A stretch of DNA of 64,000 nt from Actinomycetes bacterium. Its GTDB lineage: Bacteria; Actinomycetota; Acidimicrobiia; Acidimicrobiales; RAAP-2. The notes beneath the pieces are model-generated. The model did no database searches and was not told the origin of the DNA. It saw nothing but the letters and a program-made list of their open reading frames with translations. The stretch lies in contig JAKAEP010000004.1 of assembly GCA_021818265.1 (NCBI GenBank), positions 4,108-68,107 of the forward strand, written 5' to 3'. How positions within the stretch are numbered: position 1 is the first letter of the stretch; every line of letters begins with the position of its first letter. Positions 17,224 to 26,522 of this stretch are shown piece after piece. Made by a program: the position numbers and the translations under genes.

Positions 17224-18456
17224 ATGTCCCTCGACACCAGCGCCCTCGAGTCCGGGGGCACGCCCTCCTCGCGCCAACGGCTGCGCGCCCTCGTGGGCGG
17301 CGACCTCGGCCTCGTCCCGGTCCTCATCGCCCTCGTCGCCCTGGTCGTCTACTTCCAGGTGCGCAACTCGGTCTTCCTCTCGGCGGCCAACGTCACCAAC
17401 CTCTTCATCCAGGCCGTCATCTACGTCTTCCTCGGCATGGCCGAGGTCTGGCTCCTCCTCCTGGGCGAGATCGACCTCTCGCTCGGCTGGGTCGCGGGGA
17501 TGGCCGGGTCGATCGCCGCCATCGTCACCAACGTCCAGTACGCGTGGCCGTGGTGGGCGGCCTTCCTCGTCGCCCTGGCGGTCTCGGCCGCCATCGGGGC
17601 GCTGTGGGGGCTGTTCGTGGTCCGCCTGCGGCTGCCCTCGTTCATCGTCACCCTGGCCGGCAACTTCATCGTCGAGGGCGTGCTGCTCTACATCCTCGAC
17701 CACGTCTTCCAGGGCGGCGGCGCCCCGGTCCAGGAGAAGGTCCTGAGCGACCTCACGAACGGGAACCTCACCCCGACCTGGACGTGGGTCTTCGTCGTGG
17801 CGACCGTGGTGGTGTCGGCCGTGGTCGCCCTGTCGCGCGAGCGGGCACGCCGGCGCGCGGGGCTCGTGAACGCGCCCCTCTACCGGCTCGTCGTCAAGCT
17901 CGTCGCCCTCACGGTCTTCGGCGTGCTGCTCGCCCTGGTCTTCAACGCCGACCGCGGCTCGTTCATCCCGATCCGGGGGATGCCCTTCGCCGTGCCCCTC
18001 GTGTTCGGGGTGATGGTGCTGTACTCGTTCGTGCTCGCGCGCACCAAGTTCGGACGGTACCTCTACGCCATCGGCGGGAATCCGGAGGCGGCCCGCCGGG
18101 CCGGGATCCCGGTGGACCGCTACCGGGTCTACGCCTTCCTCCTCGGCGGGCTGACCGCCGGTATCGGCGGCCTCTTCTACGTCTCGCGCCTGGGCGGCTA
18201 CTCCTCGAGCTCGACCGACTCGACCGTCGTCCTCTACGCGGTCGCCGCGGCGGTCATCGGCGGGACGAGCCTCTACGGCGGACGGGGCAAGATGACCTAC
18301 CCGGTGGTGGGCGGCATCATCCTCGCGGTGATCATCAACGGCCTCGTCTTGATCCAGGTATCGGCGACGATGGAGTTCGTCGTCACCGGCGTCGTCCTGC
18401 TGGCGGCGGTGACCGTCGACTCGCTGGCCCGGCGGAGCCAGACCCTGCTCAAATAG
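17224..18456 (+). CDS. Sugar ABC transporter permease (AraH/XylH-type)
   Basis: 410 aa and highly hydrophobic. GIPVDRYRVYAFLLGGLTAGIGG and GGTSLYGGRG blocks are typical of the monosaccharide permease family. Confidence 0.8.
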   Translation: MSLDTSALESGGTPSSRQRLRALVGGDLGLVPVLIALVALVVYFQVRNSVFLSAANVTNLFIQAVIYVFLGMAEVWLLLLGEIDLSLGWVAGMAGSIAAIVTNVQYAWPWWAAFLVALAVSAAIGALWGLFVVRLRLPSFIVTLAGNFIVEGVLLYILDHVFQGGGAPVQEKVLSDLTNGNLTPTWTWVFVVATVVVSAVVALSRERARRRAGLVNAPLYRLVVKLVALTVFGVLLALVFNADRGSFIPIRGMPFAVPLVFGVMVLYSFVLARTKFGRYLYAIGGNPEAARRAGIPVDRYRVYAFLLGGLTAGIGGLFYVSRLGGYSSSSTDSTVVLYAVAAAVIGGTSLYGGRGKMTYPVVGGIILAVIINGLVLIQVSATMEFVVTGVVLLAAVTVDSLARRSQTLLK

Positions 18457-18457
18457 C

Positions 18458-19567
18458 TCAGTGCACGTGGGCGAGGTCGCCCCGGCGCACCTTGCCGCTC
18501 GTCGTGCGCGGGATGGCCGTCACGTAGCGGATCTCCTTGGGCTTCGCCCACGGGCCGATCGCCTCCTCGGCGGCCGCCCGCAGGGCCCCGTCGAGGTCGC
18601 GGGCCTCAGCGACCACGAGCGCGACCACCCGCTCGCCCCACTCGTCGTCGGCCAGCCCCGTCACGGCGACGTCGGTGACGCCCGCGACCCGCGCGAGGAC
18701 GGCCTCCAGGTCCTCGGGCCAGACCTTCTCGCCGCCGGTGTTGATGACGTAGCCCAGCCGGCCGAAGACGGTGAGCCGCCCGTCGTCGAGGCGCCCGGCG
18801 TCGCCGGTGGGGAACCAGTCGTCGCGGCCGTCGGGCCCCACGGCCGTGGGCCGGGCCCGGTCCCGGTAGCGGGCGAAGAGGGTCGGGCTGCGCACGCAGA
18901 GCTCCCCGTCGACGACGGCGAGCTCGACGCCCGGCAGCGCCACGCGGTCGTAGACGACGCCCGAGCCGGTCTCGGTCATGCCCCAGGTCGTGACCACGTT
19001 GTCGGCGAGGGCGTGGGGCGGTCGCGCCCCCCCGAGCAGGACGGTGCGGTAACGGGCGGGGTCGAGGCGGGCGAGCTGGGCGCGCACGACCGCGACGTGG
19101 CTCGCCCCGAGGTCGGGCCCGGTATCGGGCCGCTCGGGGTCGCCCCAGACGAGGGTCGCGTCCGAGAGCACGCCGCGCAGCACCACGGCGAGCCCCCCAA
19201 TGTGGCAGGCCGGCAGGCAGGGGAACCAGGCCGGCGGCGCGTCGTCGCGCAGCGTCGCCTGGGTGATCCGCGCGCTCGCCTCGAGCGCCGCCCAGGACAG
19301 TTCGGCGGCCTTGGGCGTCCCGCTCGAGCCCGACGTGAGCATCACCAGGCCCACGCCGTCGTCGACGCCGCGCCCCTCGCGCCGCGCGCGGCGCCCGGCC
19401 GCGTCGAGGACGTGGGTCGGGGCGAGCCGCTCGAGCTCGAGCGCGCGCGCCCGGGGCGAGAGCCGCCGGTCGAGGACGCAGAAGGCGTCGCCGGCGTCGG
19501 CCACCTCGCGCACGGCCCGCTCGAGGTCGGGTCCGAGCGCGAGGTCGAGGGCGACGAGGTCACGCAC
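18458..19567 (-). CDS. menE: o-Succinylbenzoate-CoA ligase (AMP-dependent synthetase)
   Basis: AMP-binding motif TSGSSGTPK, WGMTET, and C-terminal GKVRR. It sits inside the men gene block. Confidence 0.75.
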   Translation of the reverse strand: MRDLVALDLALGPDLERAVREVADAGDAFCVLDRRLSPRARALELERLAPTHVLDAAGRRARREGRGVDDGVGLVMLTSGSSGTPKAAELSWAALEASARITQATLRDDAPPAWFPCLPACHIGGLAVVLRGVLSDATLVWGDPERPDTGPDLGASHVAVVRAQLARLDPARYRTVLLGGARPPHALADNVVTTWGMTETGSGVVYDRVALPGVELAVVDGELCVRSPTLFARYRDRARPTAVGPDGRDDWFPTGDAGRLDDGRLTVFGRLGYVINTGGEKVWPEDLEAVLARVAGVTDVAVTGLADDEWGERVVALVVAEARDLDGALRAAAEEAIGPWAKPKEIRYVTAIPRTTSGKVRRGDLAHVH

Positions 19568-19602
19568 CCCGCGAGCCTACGGGGCGCGTGCTAGTAAGGC
19601 GC

Positions 19603-19998
19603 ATGGCCTCGGTCCGCTTCGAACGCCGGATCGCTGCGCCGGCCGATCGGGTGTGGTCGCTCGTGGGCGACCCGGCCCGGATCGTCGAGTGGTTCCCCGG
19701 TGTCCTCGAGGCGCGGGTCGTGGGCGACCGGCGCACCCTGCGGCTGGCCACGGGCGTCGAGATGCCCGAGCGGATCCTCGCCGCCGACGCGCGCACGCGC
19801 CACTTCGCCTACCGCCTCGCGACCGACCTCGTGCGCTTCCACCTGGGGACGATCGACGTGTTCGAGCTCGGCCCGAGCGACACGCTGGTGGCGTACGCCA
19901 CGACGGCCGAGCCCGACACCATGGCGCTCGTCATCGGCGGCGCCACCGACGAGGCGCTCGACGCGATCGTGCGCCTGAGCGAGGGGGCGGGGGGCTAG
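19603..19998 (+). CDS. SRPBCC (START/polyketide-cyclase-like) domain protein
   Basis: MASVRFERRIAAPADRVWSLVGDPARIVEWFPGV is a typical SRPBCC N-terminus. The alternative start is GTG 19588. Confidence 0.65.
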   Translation: MASVRFERRIAAPADRVWSLVGDPARIVEWFPGVLEARVVGDRRTLRLATGVEMPERILAADARTRHFAYRLATDLVRFHLGTIDVFELGPSDTLVAYATTAEPDTMALVIGGATDEALDAIVRLSEGAGG

Positions 19999-20000
19999 GG

Positions 20001-21569
20001 GTGGGGCGCAAGATCCTCTTCATCACGACCGACCAGCAGCGCTACGACACGCTCGGGGTCAACGGGGGCGTCGTGGCCTCGACCCCGGTGGTCGACGCGC
20101 TCGCGCGCGAGGGGGTGCGCTACACGCGCTGCCAGCCGACGTCGGTCGTCTGCATGCCCTCGCGCGCCTCCATGCTGACCGGCCAGTACCCCTCGACCCA
20201 CGGGGCCTGGATGAACGGCGTCGCGCTGCGCGTGGACGCCCCCTCGGTGGCGGCGGCCCTGCACGACCGGGGCTACGCGACGGCCCTGGTGGGCAAGGCC
20301 CACTTCGAGCCGTTCCTCGACCCCTTCGGGCGCTACGCCGAGAACGCGCTCTCGAACCTGGGCGTGCCGACCGTGGAGCAGCCGTGGTTCGACGGGCGCC
20401 TCGGGGTGCACCGCGGCTTCGACTCGATGGAGCTCGCGACCCACGGCGTCCTCGGCCCGCTCCACTACGCCCGGTGGTTCCGCCGCGCCCACCCCGAGGC
20501 CGTCGAGGGCTTCTACCCGGTGCTCGACGCCGACCTCAACGTGAACGCGGCCGGGGGCGGCGACACCGGCGCGCCCCAGGTGCGCTACAACGACGTGCCG
20601 CGCGAGTGGTACCACACCGACTGGGTCGCCGACCGCACGATCGCCTGGCTCGAGGGGCTCGACCCGGCCCAGGACTGGTTCTGCTGGATGAGCTTCCCCG
20701 ACCCCCACCACCCCTGGGACCCGCCGGCCGAGGCCGCCCGGCGCGTCGACTGGCGCGAGGTGCCCCTGCCCGAGAACTACCCCGAGCGCCGCGAGGAGCG
20801 CGAGCGCCTGCTCGACGCCAAGGCGCGCCACTGGCGGCTCTGGTACGACGGGCGCGTGGTGTCGAACTACGAGGCCCCGGCCCACTGGGTGCCGGCTACG
20901 CTCACCGCCGACCAGGTCCGCGAGGTCAACGCCCTCAACGCCGTCGAGGTCGAGCTCATCGACGAGGCGATCGGCCGGGTGCTCGCCGTCGTGGAGGCTC
21001 GTGGGTGGGGGGAGGAGACCGACGTGGTCTTCACCTCCGACCACGGCGAGCTCCAGGGCGACTTCGGGCTGCTCTTCAAGGGCCCCTACCACGTCGACGG
21101 GCTCTTGCGCCTGCCGCTGGTGTGGCGCCCGGCCCGCTCGGCGGGCGTGGCGCCCGCGGTCGTCACCGCCCCGGTGAGCCTCGTCTCGCTCGCCGCGACC
21201 TTCCTCGGCATCGCCGGGGGCGAGCGACCGGCGTGGGCCGAGGGCGAGTCGCTGCCCCTGGAGGACGCGGCCGCGCCGAGCGACGCGGCCACCGTGACCG
21301 AGTGGGACTCGGCGCTCTTCGGGGTGGACGTCCACGTGCGCACGATCCTGACCCGCTCGCACCTGTACACCGAGTACGCAAAGGGCGCGATGCACGACGG
21401 CACCGAGGCCGAGCTCTACGACCTCTACGACGACCCGCTGCAGCGGGTGAACCTCGCCGACGACGACGGCGCCCGGGCCGTGCGGGCCGAGCTGAGCGAG
21501 CGGCTCGCCGAGCACGAGGCGCGCCCCGTGGAGCGGGCGGCCCCGGGCCGACTGGTCGCGCCGGTCTAG
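20001..21569 (+). CDS. Formylglycine-dependent sulfatase
   Basis: ILFITTDQQRYD...CMPSRASMLTGQYPSTHG contains the C-x-P-S-R sulfatase signature, and FTSDHGE lies further on. GTG 20001 follows the SRPBCC stop by 2 nt. Confidence 0.85.
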   Translation: MGRKILFITTDQQRYDTLGVNGGVVASTPVVDALAREGVRYTRCQPTSVVCMPSRASMLTGQYPSTHGAWMNGVALRVDAPSVAAALHDRGYATALVGKAHFEPFLDPFGRYAENALSNLGVPTVEQPWFDGRLGVHRGFDSMELATHGVLGPLHYARWFRRAHPEAVEGFYPVLDADLNVNAAGGGDTGAPQVRYNDVPREWYHTDWVADRTIAWLEGLDPAQDWFCWMSFPDPHHPWDPPAEAARRVDWREVPLPENYPERREERERLLDAKARHWRLWYDGRVVSNYEAPAHWVPATLTADQVREVNALNAVEVELIDEAIGRVLAVVEARGWGEETDVVFTSDHGELQGDFGLLFKGPYHVDGLLRLPLVWRPARSAGVAPAVVTAPVSLVSLAATFLGIAGGERPAWAEGESLPLEDAAAPSDAATVTEWDSALFGVDVHVRTILTRSHLYTEYAKGAMHDGTEAELYDLYDDPLQRVNLADDDGARAVRAELSERLAEHEARPVERAAPGRLVAPV

Positions 21570-21577
21570 CTCTTCGG

Positions 21578-21583
21578 TAGCGT
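21578..21583 (+). promoter_or_regulatory. -10 hexamer TAGCGT, 7 nt upstream of ATG 21591
   Basis: TAGCGT-ggacgcc-ATG. The track start GTG 21582 lies inside the hexamer. Confidence 0.4.
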
Positions 21584-21590
21584 GGACGCC

Positions 21591-22481
21591 ATGACGACCG
21601 TGATCCAGGGCCCCCCGACCGACCCGCTCGACGCCTTCCGGGCCCAAGCGCTGCCCCACTGGGAGCGCTCGGGCGAGTACGGCGACATCGTCTACGAGAC
21701 GGCCGAGGGCATCGCGCGCATCACCATCAACCGGCCCGAGGTGCGCAACGCCTTCCGCCCCCAGACCCTCTTCGAGCTCGAGGACGCCTTCGAGCGGGCC
21801 CGCGACGACGTGTCGGTGGGCGTGGTGATCCTCACCGGGGCCGGGCCCGACGCCTTCTGCTCCGGCGGCGACCAGCGGATCCGCGGGACCGACGGCTACC
21901 TGGGCGACGACGAGGTCGCCCAGCACGGGGTGGGCCGGCTCAACGTGCTCGACCTCCAGGTCCAGATACGGCGGCTGCCCAAGCCGGTCATCGCCCAGGT
22001 GGCGGGGTACGCCATCGGCGGGGGCCACGTCTTGCACCTGGTGTGCGACCTCACGATCGCCGCGGACAACGCGCGCTTCGGCCAGACGGGCCCGCGGGTG
22101 GGCTCCTTCGACGGCGGCTACGGCGCCTCACTGCTCGCGCGCACGATCGGGCTCAAGCGGGCCAAGGAGGTCTGGTTCCTCTGCCGCCAGTACGACGCCG
22201 AGACGGCGTACGCCTGGGGCCTCGCGAACACCGTCGTGCCCCTCGCCGACCTCGAGCGCGAGACGGTGGCCTGGTGCCGCCAGATCCTGACCCTGTCGCC
22301 GATCGCGCTGCGCATGCTCAAGGGCGGCTTCAACGCGGCCGACGACGGGCTCGCCGGCATCCAGCAGTTGGCCGGCGACGCGACGATGCTCTTCTACATG
22401 TCCGAGGAGGGCCAGGAGGGCCGCAACGCCTACGTCGAGCGCCGCCGACCCGACTTCTCGAAGTACCCCAAGCGACCATGA
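21591..22481 (+). CDS. menB: 1,4-Dihydroxy-2-naphthoyl-CoA synthase
   Basis: Crotonase fold with [19 protein letters not shown] and the C-terminal [13 protein letters not shown]. The alternative start is 21582. Confidence 0.92.
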   Translation: MTTVIQGPPTDPLDAFRAQALPHWERSGEYGDIVYETAEGIARITINRPEVRNAFRPQTLFELEDAFERARDDVSVGVVILTGAGPDAFCSGGDQRIRGTDGYLGDDEVAQHGVGRLNVLDLQVQIRRLPKPVIAQVAGYAIGGGHVLHLVCDLTIAADNARFGQTGPRVGSFDGGYGASLLARTIGLKRAKEVWFLCRQYDAETAYAWGLANTVVPLADLERETVAWCRQILTLSPIALRMLKGGFNAADDGLAGIQQLAGDATMLFYMSEEGQEGRNAYVERRRPDFSKYPKRP

Positions 22482-23356
22482 CCCCGGCCCCCGGGCCGGT
22501 CCGTCGCTGGGTGCTGGCGGCGCGCCCGCGCACGCTGCCCGCCGCCGCCGTGCCGGTGGTGCTCGGGGTCGCCCTGGTGCGGCCCGCGCCGGTCGAGTGG
22601 ACCAACAGCGCGCTCTGCCTGGTGGTCGCCCTCGCCCTGCAGGTGGGGACCAACTACGCCAACGACTACTCCGACGGCGTGCGCGGCACCGACGCGACGC
22701 GCGTGGGGCCGTTCCGGCTCACCGCGTCGGGCCTGGTGGCCGCGGCGCGGGTGCGCGACGCGGCCTGGCTCACCTTCGCGCTGGCCGCGGCGTCGGGGCT
22801 GGTGCTCGCCTCGCGCACGTCGTGGTGGCTGGTGGCGATCGGGGCGAGCGCGGTCGCGGCCGGGTGGCTCTACACCGGCGGCCCGCGGCCCTACGGCTAC
22901 CTGGGCCTGGGCGAGCTGTTCGTCTTCGTCTACTTCGGCCTCGTCGCCACGGTGGGCACCGCCTACGTCCAGCACCAGTCGATCCCGGGGCGCGCGTGGT
23001 GGCTCGGCGCCGCGGCCGGGGCGATGGCCTGCGCGCTGCTCGAGGCGAACAACCTGCGCGACGTCGAGGGCGACCGCGCGGCGCGCAAGCACACGCTGGC
23101 CGCGCGCCTGGGTCGCGAGCGCGGCGCGTGGCTCTACGGGCTCTGGGTGGCGGTCGTCGCCGGCGCCCTCGTGGGGGCGGGCGAGCTGGCGGCGGCGCTG
23201 GTCGCCCTCGTGGTGTACGCCCCGGCGCTGCGCCTGGCCTTCTCGCCGCGCCACGGGCGCGAGCTGCTCGCCCTCCTGCGCGACTCGGCGCGCGCCCAGC
23301 TGGCCCTCGGGGGAGTGGTCGCGGTGCTGCTCGCGACGGCCACCTACTGGGGCTAG
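22478..23356 (+). CDS. menA: 1,4-Dihydroxy-2-naphthoate polyprenyltransferase (UbiA family)
   Basis: ATG 22478 overlaps the menB stop (ATGA). Motifs [11 protein letters not shown] and NNLRDVEGD, with about 8 TM segments. Confidence 0.88.
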   Translation: MTPAPGPVRRWVLAARPRTLPAAAVPVVLGVALVRPAPVEWTNSALCLVVALALQVGTNYANDYSDGVRGTDATRVGPFRLTASGLVAAARVRDAAWLTFALAAASGLVLASRTSWWLVAIGASAVAAGWLYTGGPRPYGYLGLGELFVFVYFGLVATVGTAYVQHQSIPGRAWWLGAAAGAMACALLEANNLRDVEGDRAARKHTLAARLGRERGAWLYGLWVAVVAGALVGAGELAAALVALVVYAPALRLAFSPRHGRELLALLRDSARAQLALGGVVAVLLATATYWG

Positions 23357-24099
23357 CCGAGGAAGTCGCGCACCACCCCCGCCACCCTCGCGGGGTCCTC
23401 GAGGTGGGCCGCGTGGCCGAGGCCCCCGAGCACGACGAGCCGGGCCCCCGCGATGGCGCCGGCGAGGCGAGTCCCGGCCTCGACGAACTTGGGGTCGCGC
23501 TCCCCGGCGAGCACGAGCGTGGGCACCTCGATCCCGGCGAGCGCCCCGAGCAGCCACGCCTGGGTCCCGGTCCCGGCGCGGCGCAGCGAGTCGGCGAGCC
23601 CGGCGGCGTCGGTGCTGCGCGTCGCGCGCTCGGCGTCGTCGCGCGCGAGGGAGGAGAAGAGGGGCTGGGCCAACCACTCCTCGAGGAAGGCCGGGGCGCC
23701 GACACGTTCGATCCGGCTCGCCAGCGCCTCGTCGCGTGCCCGGCGCGCGGCTCGCTCGGACTCGTCCTCGATGCCCGCGCTCGCGCTCAGCAGGACCAGC
23801 CGCGAGACCAGAGCGGGATGGCGCAGGGCCACGTGCAGGGCCACCCGCCCGCCCATCGAGTACCCGCCCAGCGCGACCGGCCCGGCGCCGGCCGCCGCCG
23901 CCACGAGGTCGGCCGCCTCCTCGAGCGAGGCCCTGAGCCCGGCGCTCGAGCCGTGGCCGGGCAGGTCGGGGCTGAGGACCTCGTAGTCTGTGGCCAGAAT
24001 GGTCCGGTAGCGACGGGCCGAGTCCCGGGTCTGGGTGAAGCCGTGGAGCCACACCAGCACCGGGCCCGAGCCCTCGCGCGCCACCCCGAGGAGCCCCAT
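23353..24099 (-). CDS. menH: SHCHC synthase / alpha-beta hydrolase
   Basis: LVWLHGFTQT and the nucleophile elbow GYSMGGR, within the men context. Its stop shares CTAG with the menA stop. Confidence 0.75.
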   Translation of the reverse strand: MGLLGVAREGSGPVLVWLHGFTQTRDSARRYRTILATDYEVLSPDLPGHGSSAGLRASLEEAADLVAAAAGAGPVALGGYSMGGRVALHVALRHPALVSRLVLLSASAGIEDESERAARRARDEALASRIERVGAPAFLEEWLAQPLFSSLARDDAERATRSTDAAGLADSLRRAGTGTQAWLLGALAGIEVPTLVLAGERDPKFVEAGTRLAGAIAGARLVVLGGLGHAAHLEDPARVAGVVRDFLG

Positions 24100-25757
24100 T
24101 GACCCGTAGCGTACCGAGCCCGAGCGAGGTGCAGGCCACCTTCGCCGCGACCCTCTTCGACGAGTGGCGCCGGGCCGGGCTCACCGACGTCGTACTCGCC
24201 CCGGGGTCGCGCTCGACGCCGCTGGCCCTCGCGGCGGCGGCGACCGAGGGGCTGACGCTCCACGTGCGACTCGACGAGCGCTCGGCCGCGTTCTTCGCGA
24301 TCGGCCGGGCCCTCGCGAGCGCCCGCCCGGTCGCGGTGGTGGTGACCTCGGGCACGGCCGCGGCCGAGCTGCACGCCGCCGTCGCCGAGGCCGACCTCGC
24401 CCGGGTGCCGCTGCTCGTGGTGACGGCCGACCGGCCGCCGGAGCTGCGGGGGGTCGGCGCCCCCCAGACGATCCTCCAGAGCCACCTCTACGGACCGATG
24501 GTCCGGCTCTTCGAGGAGCCCGGCGTCGCCCGGGCCGAGGCCGCGCCGACGTGGCGGCCGCTCGCGGCGCGCCTCTACGCCACCGCGCGGGGCCGCCGGG
24601 GCGAGCCGGGCCCGGTGCACCTGAACGCCGCCTTCGTCGAGCCCCTCGTGGGCGCGCCCTACGAGCTGCCCGCGGCGCGCACCGAGCCCGACGGGCCGAC
24701 CCCCGAGGTCGGTCCGGCCGCCGGCTTGGACGTGGCCGGCCGGGCCGTGCTGTGCGTGGTGGGCCTCGGGGTCTCGCCCGAGACCGTCGAGCGGGCCCGC
24801 GCGGCCGACTGGGCCGTGGTGGGCGACGCCACGGTGGCGGGCACGCTGGCCCACGCCGACGTCGTGCTGCGCGACGACGCCCTGGCCGCGTGGCTCGCGC
24901 CCGAGGTCGTCGTGCGCCTCGGTGGGGCGCCGGCCTCGAAGTCACTGGCCGCCCGCCTCGCGGGCTGGGGCGCACCCGTCGTCGCCCTCGACGATGAGGG
25001 CCCGGTCGCCGACCCCGACGGCGTCGTGACCCGCCGGGTCGGCGGCCGTCCCGACCCCGCCGAGGCGAGCCACCGGGGCGACCCCCGCTACGTGGCCCGC
25101 TGGGCCGCGTCGAGCGAGGCCGTCGAGTCGTACCTGGCCGAGCGGCGCGACGAGGTGCTCGACGAGCCGGCGGTCGCCCGGACCGTCGTCGCGGCGGCCA
25201 ACGAGGCCGGGGTCGACCTCGTGGTCGGCTCGTCGATGCCCGTGCGCGACGTGGAGTGGTGGGCGCCACCGCGCCGGGTCCGGGTCTTCTCGAACCGCGG
25301 CGCCAACGGCATCGACGGGGTCGTCTCGACGGCGCTCGGGGTGGCCGCCGGGTCGCGGGCCGTCGCCCTGGTGGGCGACCTCACCTTCCTGCACGACGTC
25401 TCGGGCCTCGTGAGCGGTCTCGGCCCGGTGGGCGGGTCGCTCGTGCTCGTCGTCGCCGACAACCGGGGCGGGGGGATCTTCTCCTTCCTCGCCCAGCGCG
25501 CGCTGCTCGAGCCCGAGCGGTTCGAGGCGCTCTTCGGCACCCCCCACGACCACGACCTCGTCGCGGTGGCGCGCGCCTTCGGGGCGTGCGCCACGCGCGT
25601 CGGTGACGCCGCGGCCCTCGCGGCCGAGGTCGCCGCGGGCCTGGCGGCCGGAGGACTCCGGGTGGTGGTGGCGACCGTGCCCGAGCGCGACGAGAACGTG
25701 GGGCGCCACGAGCGGCTCGTCGAGGGCGCCTGCCGCGCGGCGGGGGTGCTGCGATGA
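24099..25757 (+). CDS. menD: SEPHCHC synthase (ThDP-dependent)
   Basis: LFDEWRRAGLTDVVLAPGSRSTPLALA and the ThDP motif GDLTFLHD...NRGGGIF. The track start is TTG 24099, base-to-base with the menH ATG. GTG 24129 is an alternative. Confidence 0.88.
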   Translation: MTRSVPSPSEVQATFAATLFDEWRRAGLTDVVLAPGSRSTPLALAAAATEGLTLHVRLDERSAAFFAIGRALASARPVAVVVTSGTAAAELHAAVAEADLARVPLLVVTADRPPELRGVGAPQTILQSHLYGPMVRLFEEPGVARAEAAPTWRPLAARLYATARGRRGEPGPVHLNAAFVEPLVGAPYELPAARTEPDGPTPEVGPAAGLDVAGRAVLCVVGLGVSPETVERARAADWAVVGDATVAGTLAHADVVLRDDALAAWLAPEVVVRLGGAPASKSLAARLAGWGAPVVALDDEGPVADPDGVVTRRVGGRPDPAEASHRGDPRYVARWAASSEAVESYLAERRDEVLDEPAVARTVVAAANEAGVDLVVGSSMPVRDVEWWAPPRRVRVFSNRGANGIDGVVSTALGVAAGSRAVALVGDLTFLHDVSGLVSGLGPVGGSLVLVVADNRGGGIFSFLAQRALLEPERFEALFGTPHDHDLVAVARAFGACATRVGDAAALAAEVAAGLAAGGLRVVVATVPERDENVGRHERLVEGACRAAGVLR

Positions 25758-26500
25758 TCGCGACGGTCACCACCTCGTCGCTCCTCGCGGCCGTCCCCCT
25801 CGCGCTCGCGGCGGGGCTCGTCTCGTTCGTCTCGCCCTGCGTGCTGCCGCTGCTGCCGGGCTACCTCGCCTTCCTCTCGGGCTCGGCCGGGAGCCTCGAG
25901 GGCTCCCGGGGCCGGGGACGGGCCGTCGTGGGCTCGATCGCCTTCATCGTCGGCTTCGCCCTGGTCTTCGTGAGCCTCGGGGCGATCTTCGGCCAGATGG
26001 GTCGCGAGGTCCGCCTCCACCAGCGCGGCCTCGAGGAGGTCTTCGGGCTGGTCACGATCGCGCTGGGCTTCTTCTTCGCGGGGTGGTGGCCGTCGCGCTG
26101 GCTCCAGCGCGAGCGTCGGATCCACAAGGTGCCCCGGGCCTCGGTCCTCGGCGCGGGGGCCCTCGGCTTCACCTTCGGGCTGGGCTGGACCCCCTGCATC
26201 GGACCGACGCTCGCGGCGATCCTCGGGCTCGCGGCCTCCTCCTCGGGGGCGACGGCGTTGCGCGGCTCGGTGCTCGCCTTCGTCTACTGCCTGGGCTTGG
26301 GCATCCCCTTCGTGGTGGCGGCCCTCGCGACCGAGTGGATGGCGACGGCGTCGTCGTGGCTGCGCCGCCACGCCCGCCCGATCGGGACCGCGGGCGGGCT
26401 GCTGCTCATCGTCATCGGCGTCTCGGAGGTGACCGGCCTCTGGCACGCCTTCGTGGTGTGGCTGCAGGTGCACGTGCCGAACACCTCAACGGCCCTGTGA
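25754..26500 (+). CDS. ccdA: Cytochrome c biogenesis thiol-disulfide transporter CcdA (DsbD family)
   Basis: SPCVLPLLPGYLAFLSG and WTPCIGPTLAAIL carry the two conserved Cys motifs, with six TM segments. There is an ATGA overlap with menD. Confidence 0.85.
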   Translation: MIATVTTSSLLAAVPLALAAGLVSFVSPCVLPLLPGYLAFLSGSAGSLEGSRGRGRAVVGSIAFIVGFALVFVSLGAIFGQMGREVRLHQRGLEEVFGLVTIALGFFFAGWWPSRWLQRERRIHKVPRASVLGAGALGFTFGLGWTPCIGPTLAAILGLAASSSGATALRGSVLAFVYCLGLGIPFVVAALATEWMATASSWLRRHARPIGTAGGLLLIVIGVSEVTGLWHAFVVWLQVHVPNTSTAL

Positions 26501-26510
26501 GGGGCGCTCG

Positions 26511-26516
26511 TAGACT
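26511..26516 (+). promoter_or_regulatory. -10 hexamer TAGACT, 6 nt upstream of ATG 26523
   Basis: cgTAGACT-gagccc-ATG. The same cgTAGACT box precedes aroC and the Nfu-like gene. Confidence 0.5.
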
Positions 26517-26522
26517 GAGCCC

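Noticed and set aside
22430-24355. 641-aa minus-strand ORF across menA, menH and the start of menD.
   Set aside because: The product is Arg/Gly/Pro-rich and motif-free. It overlaps three well-supported genes.
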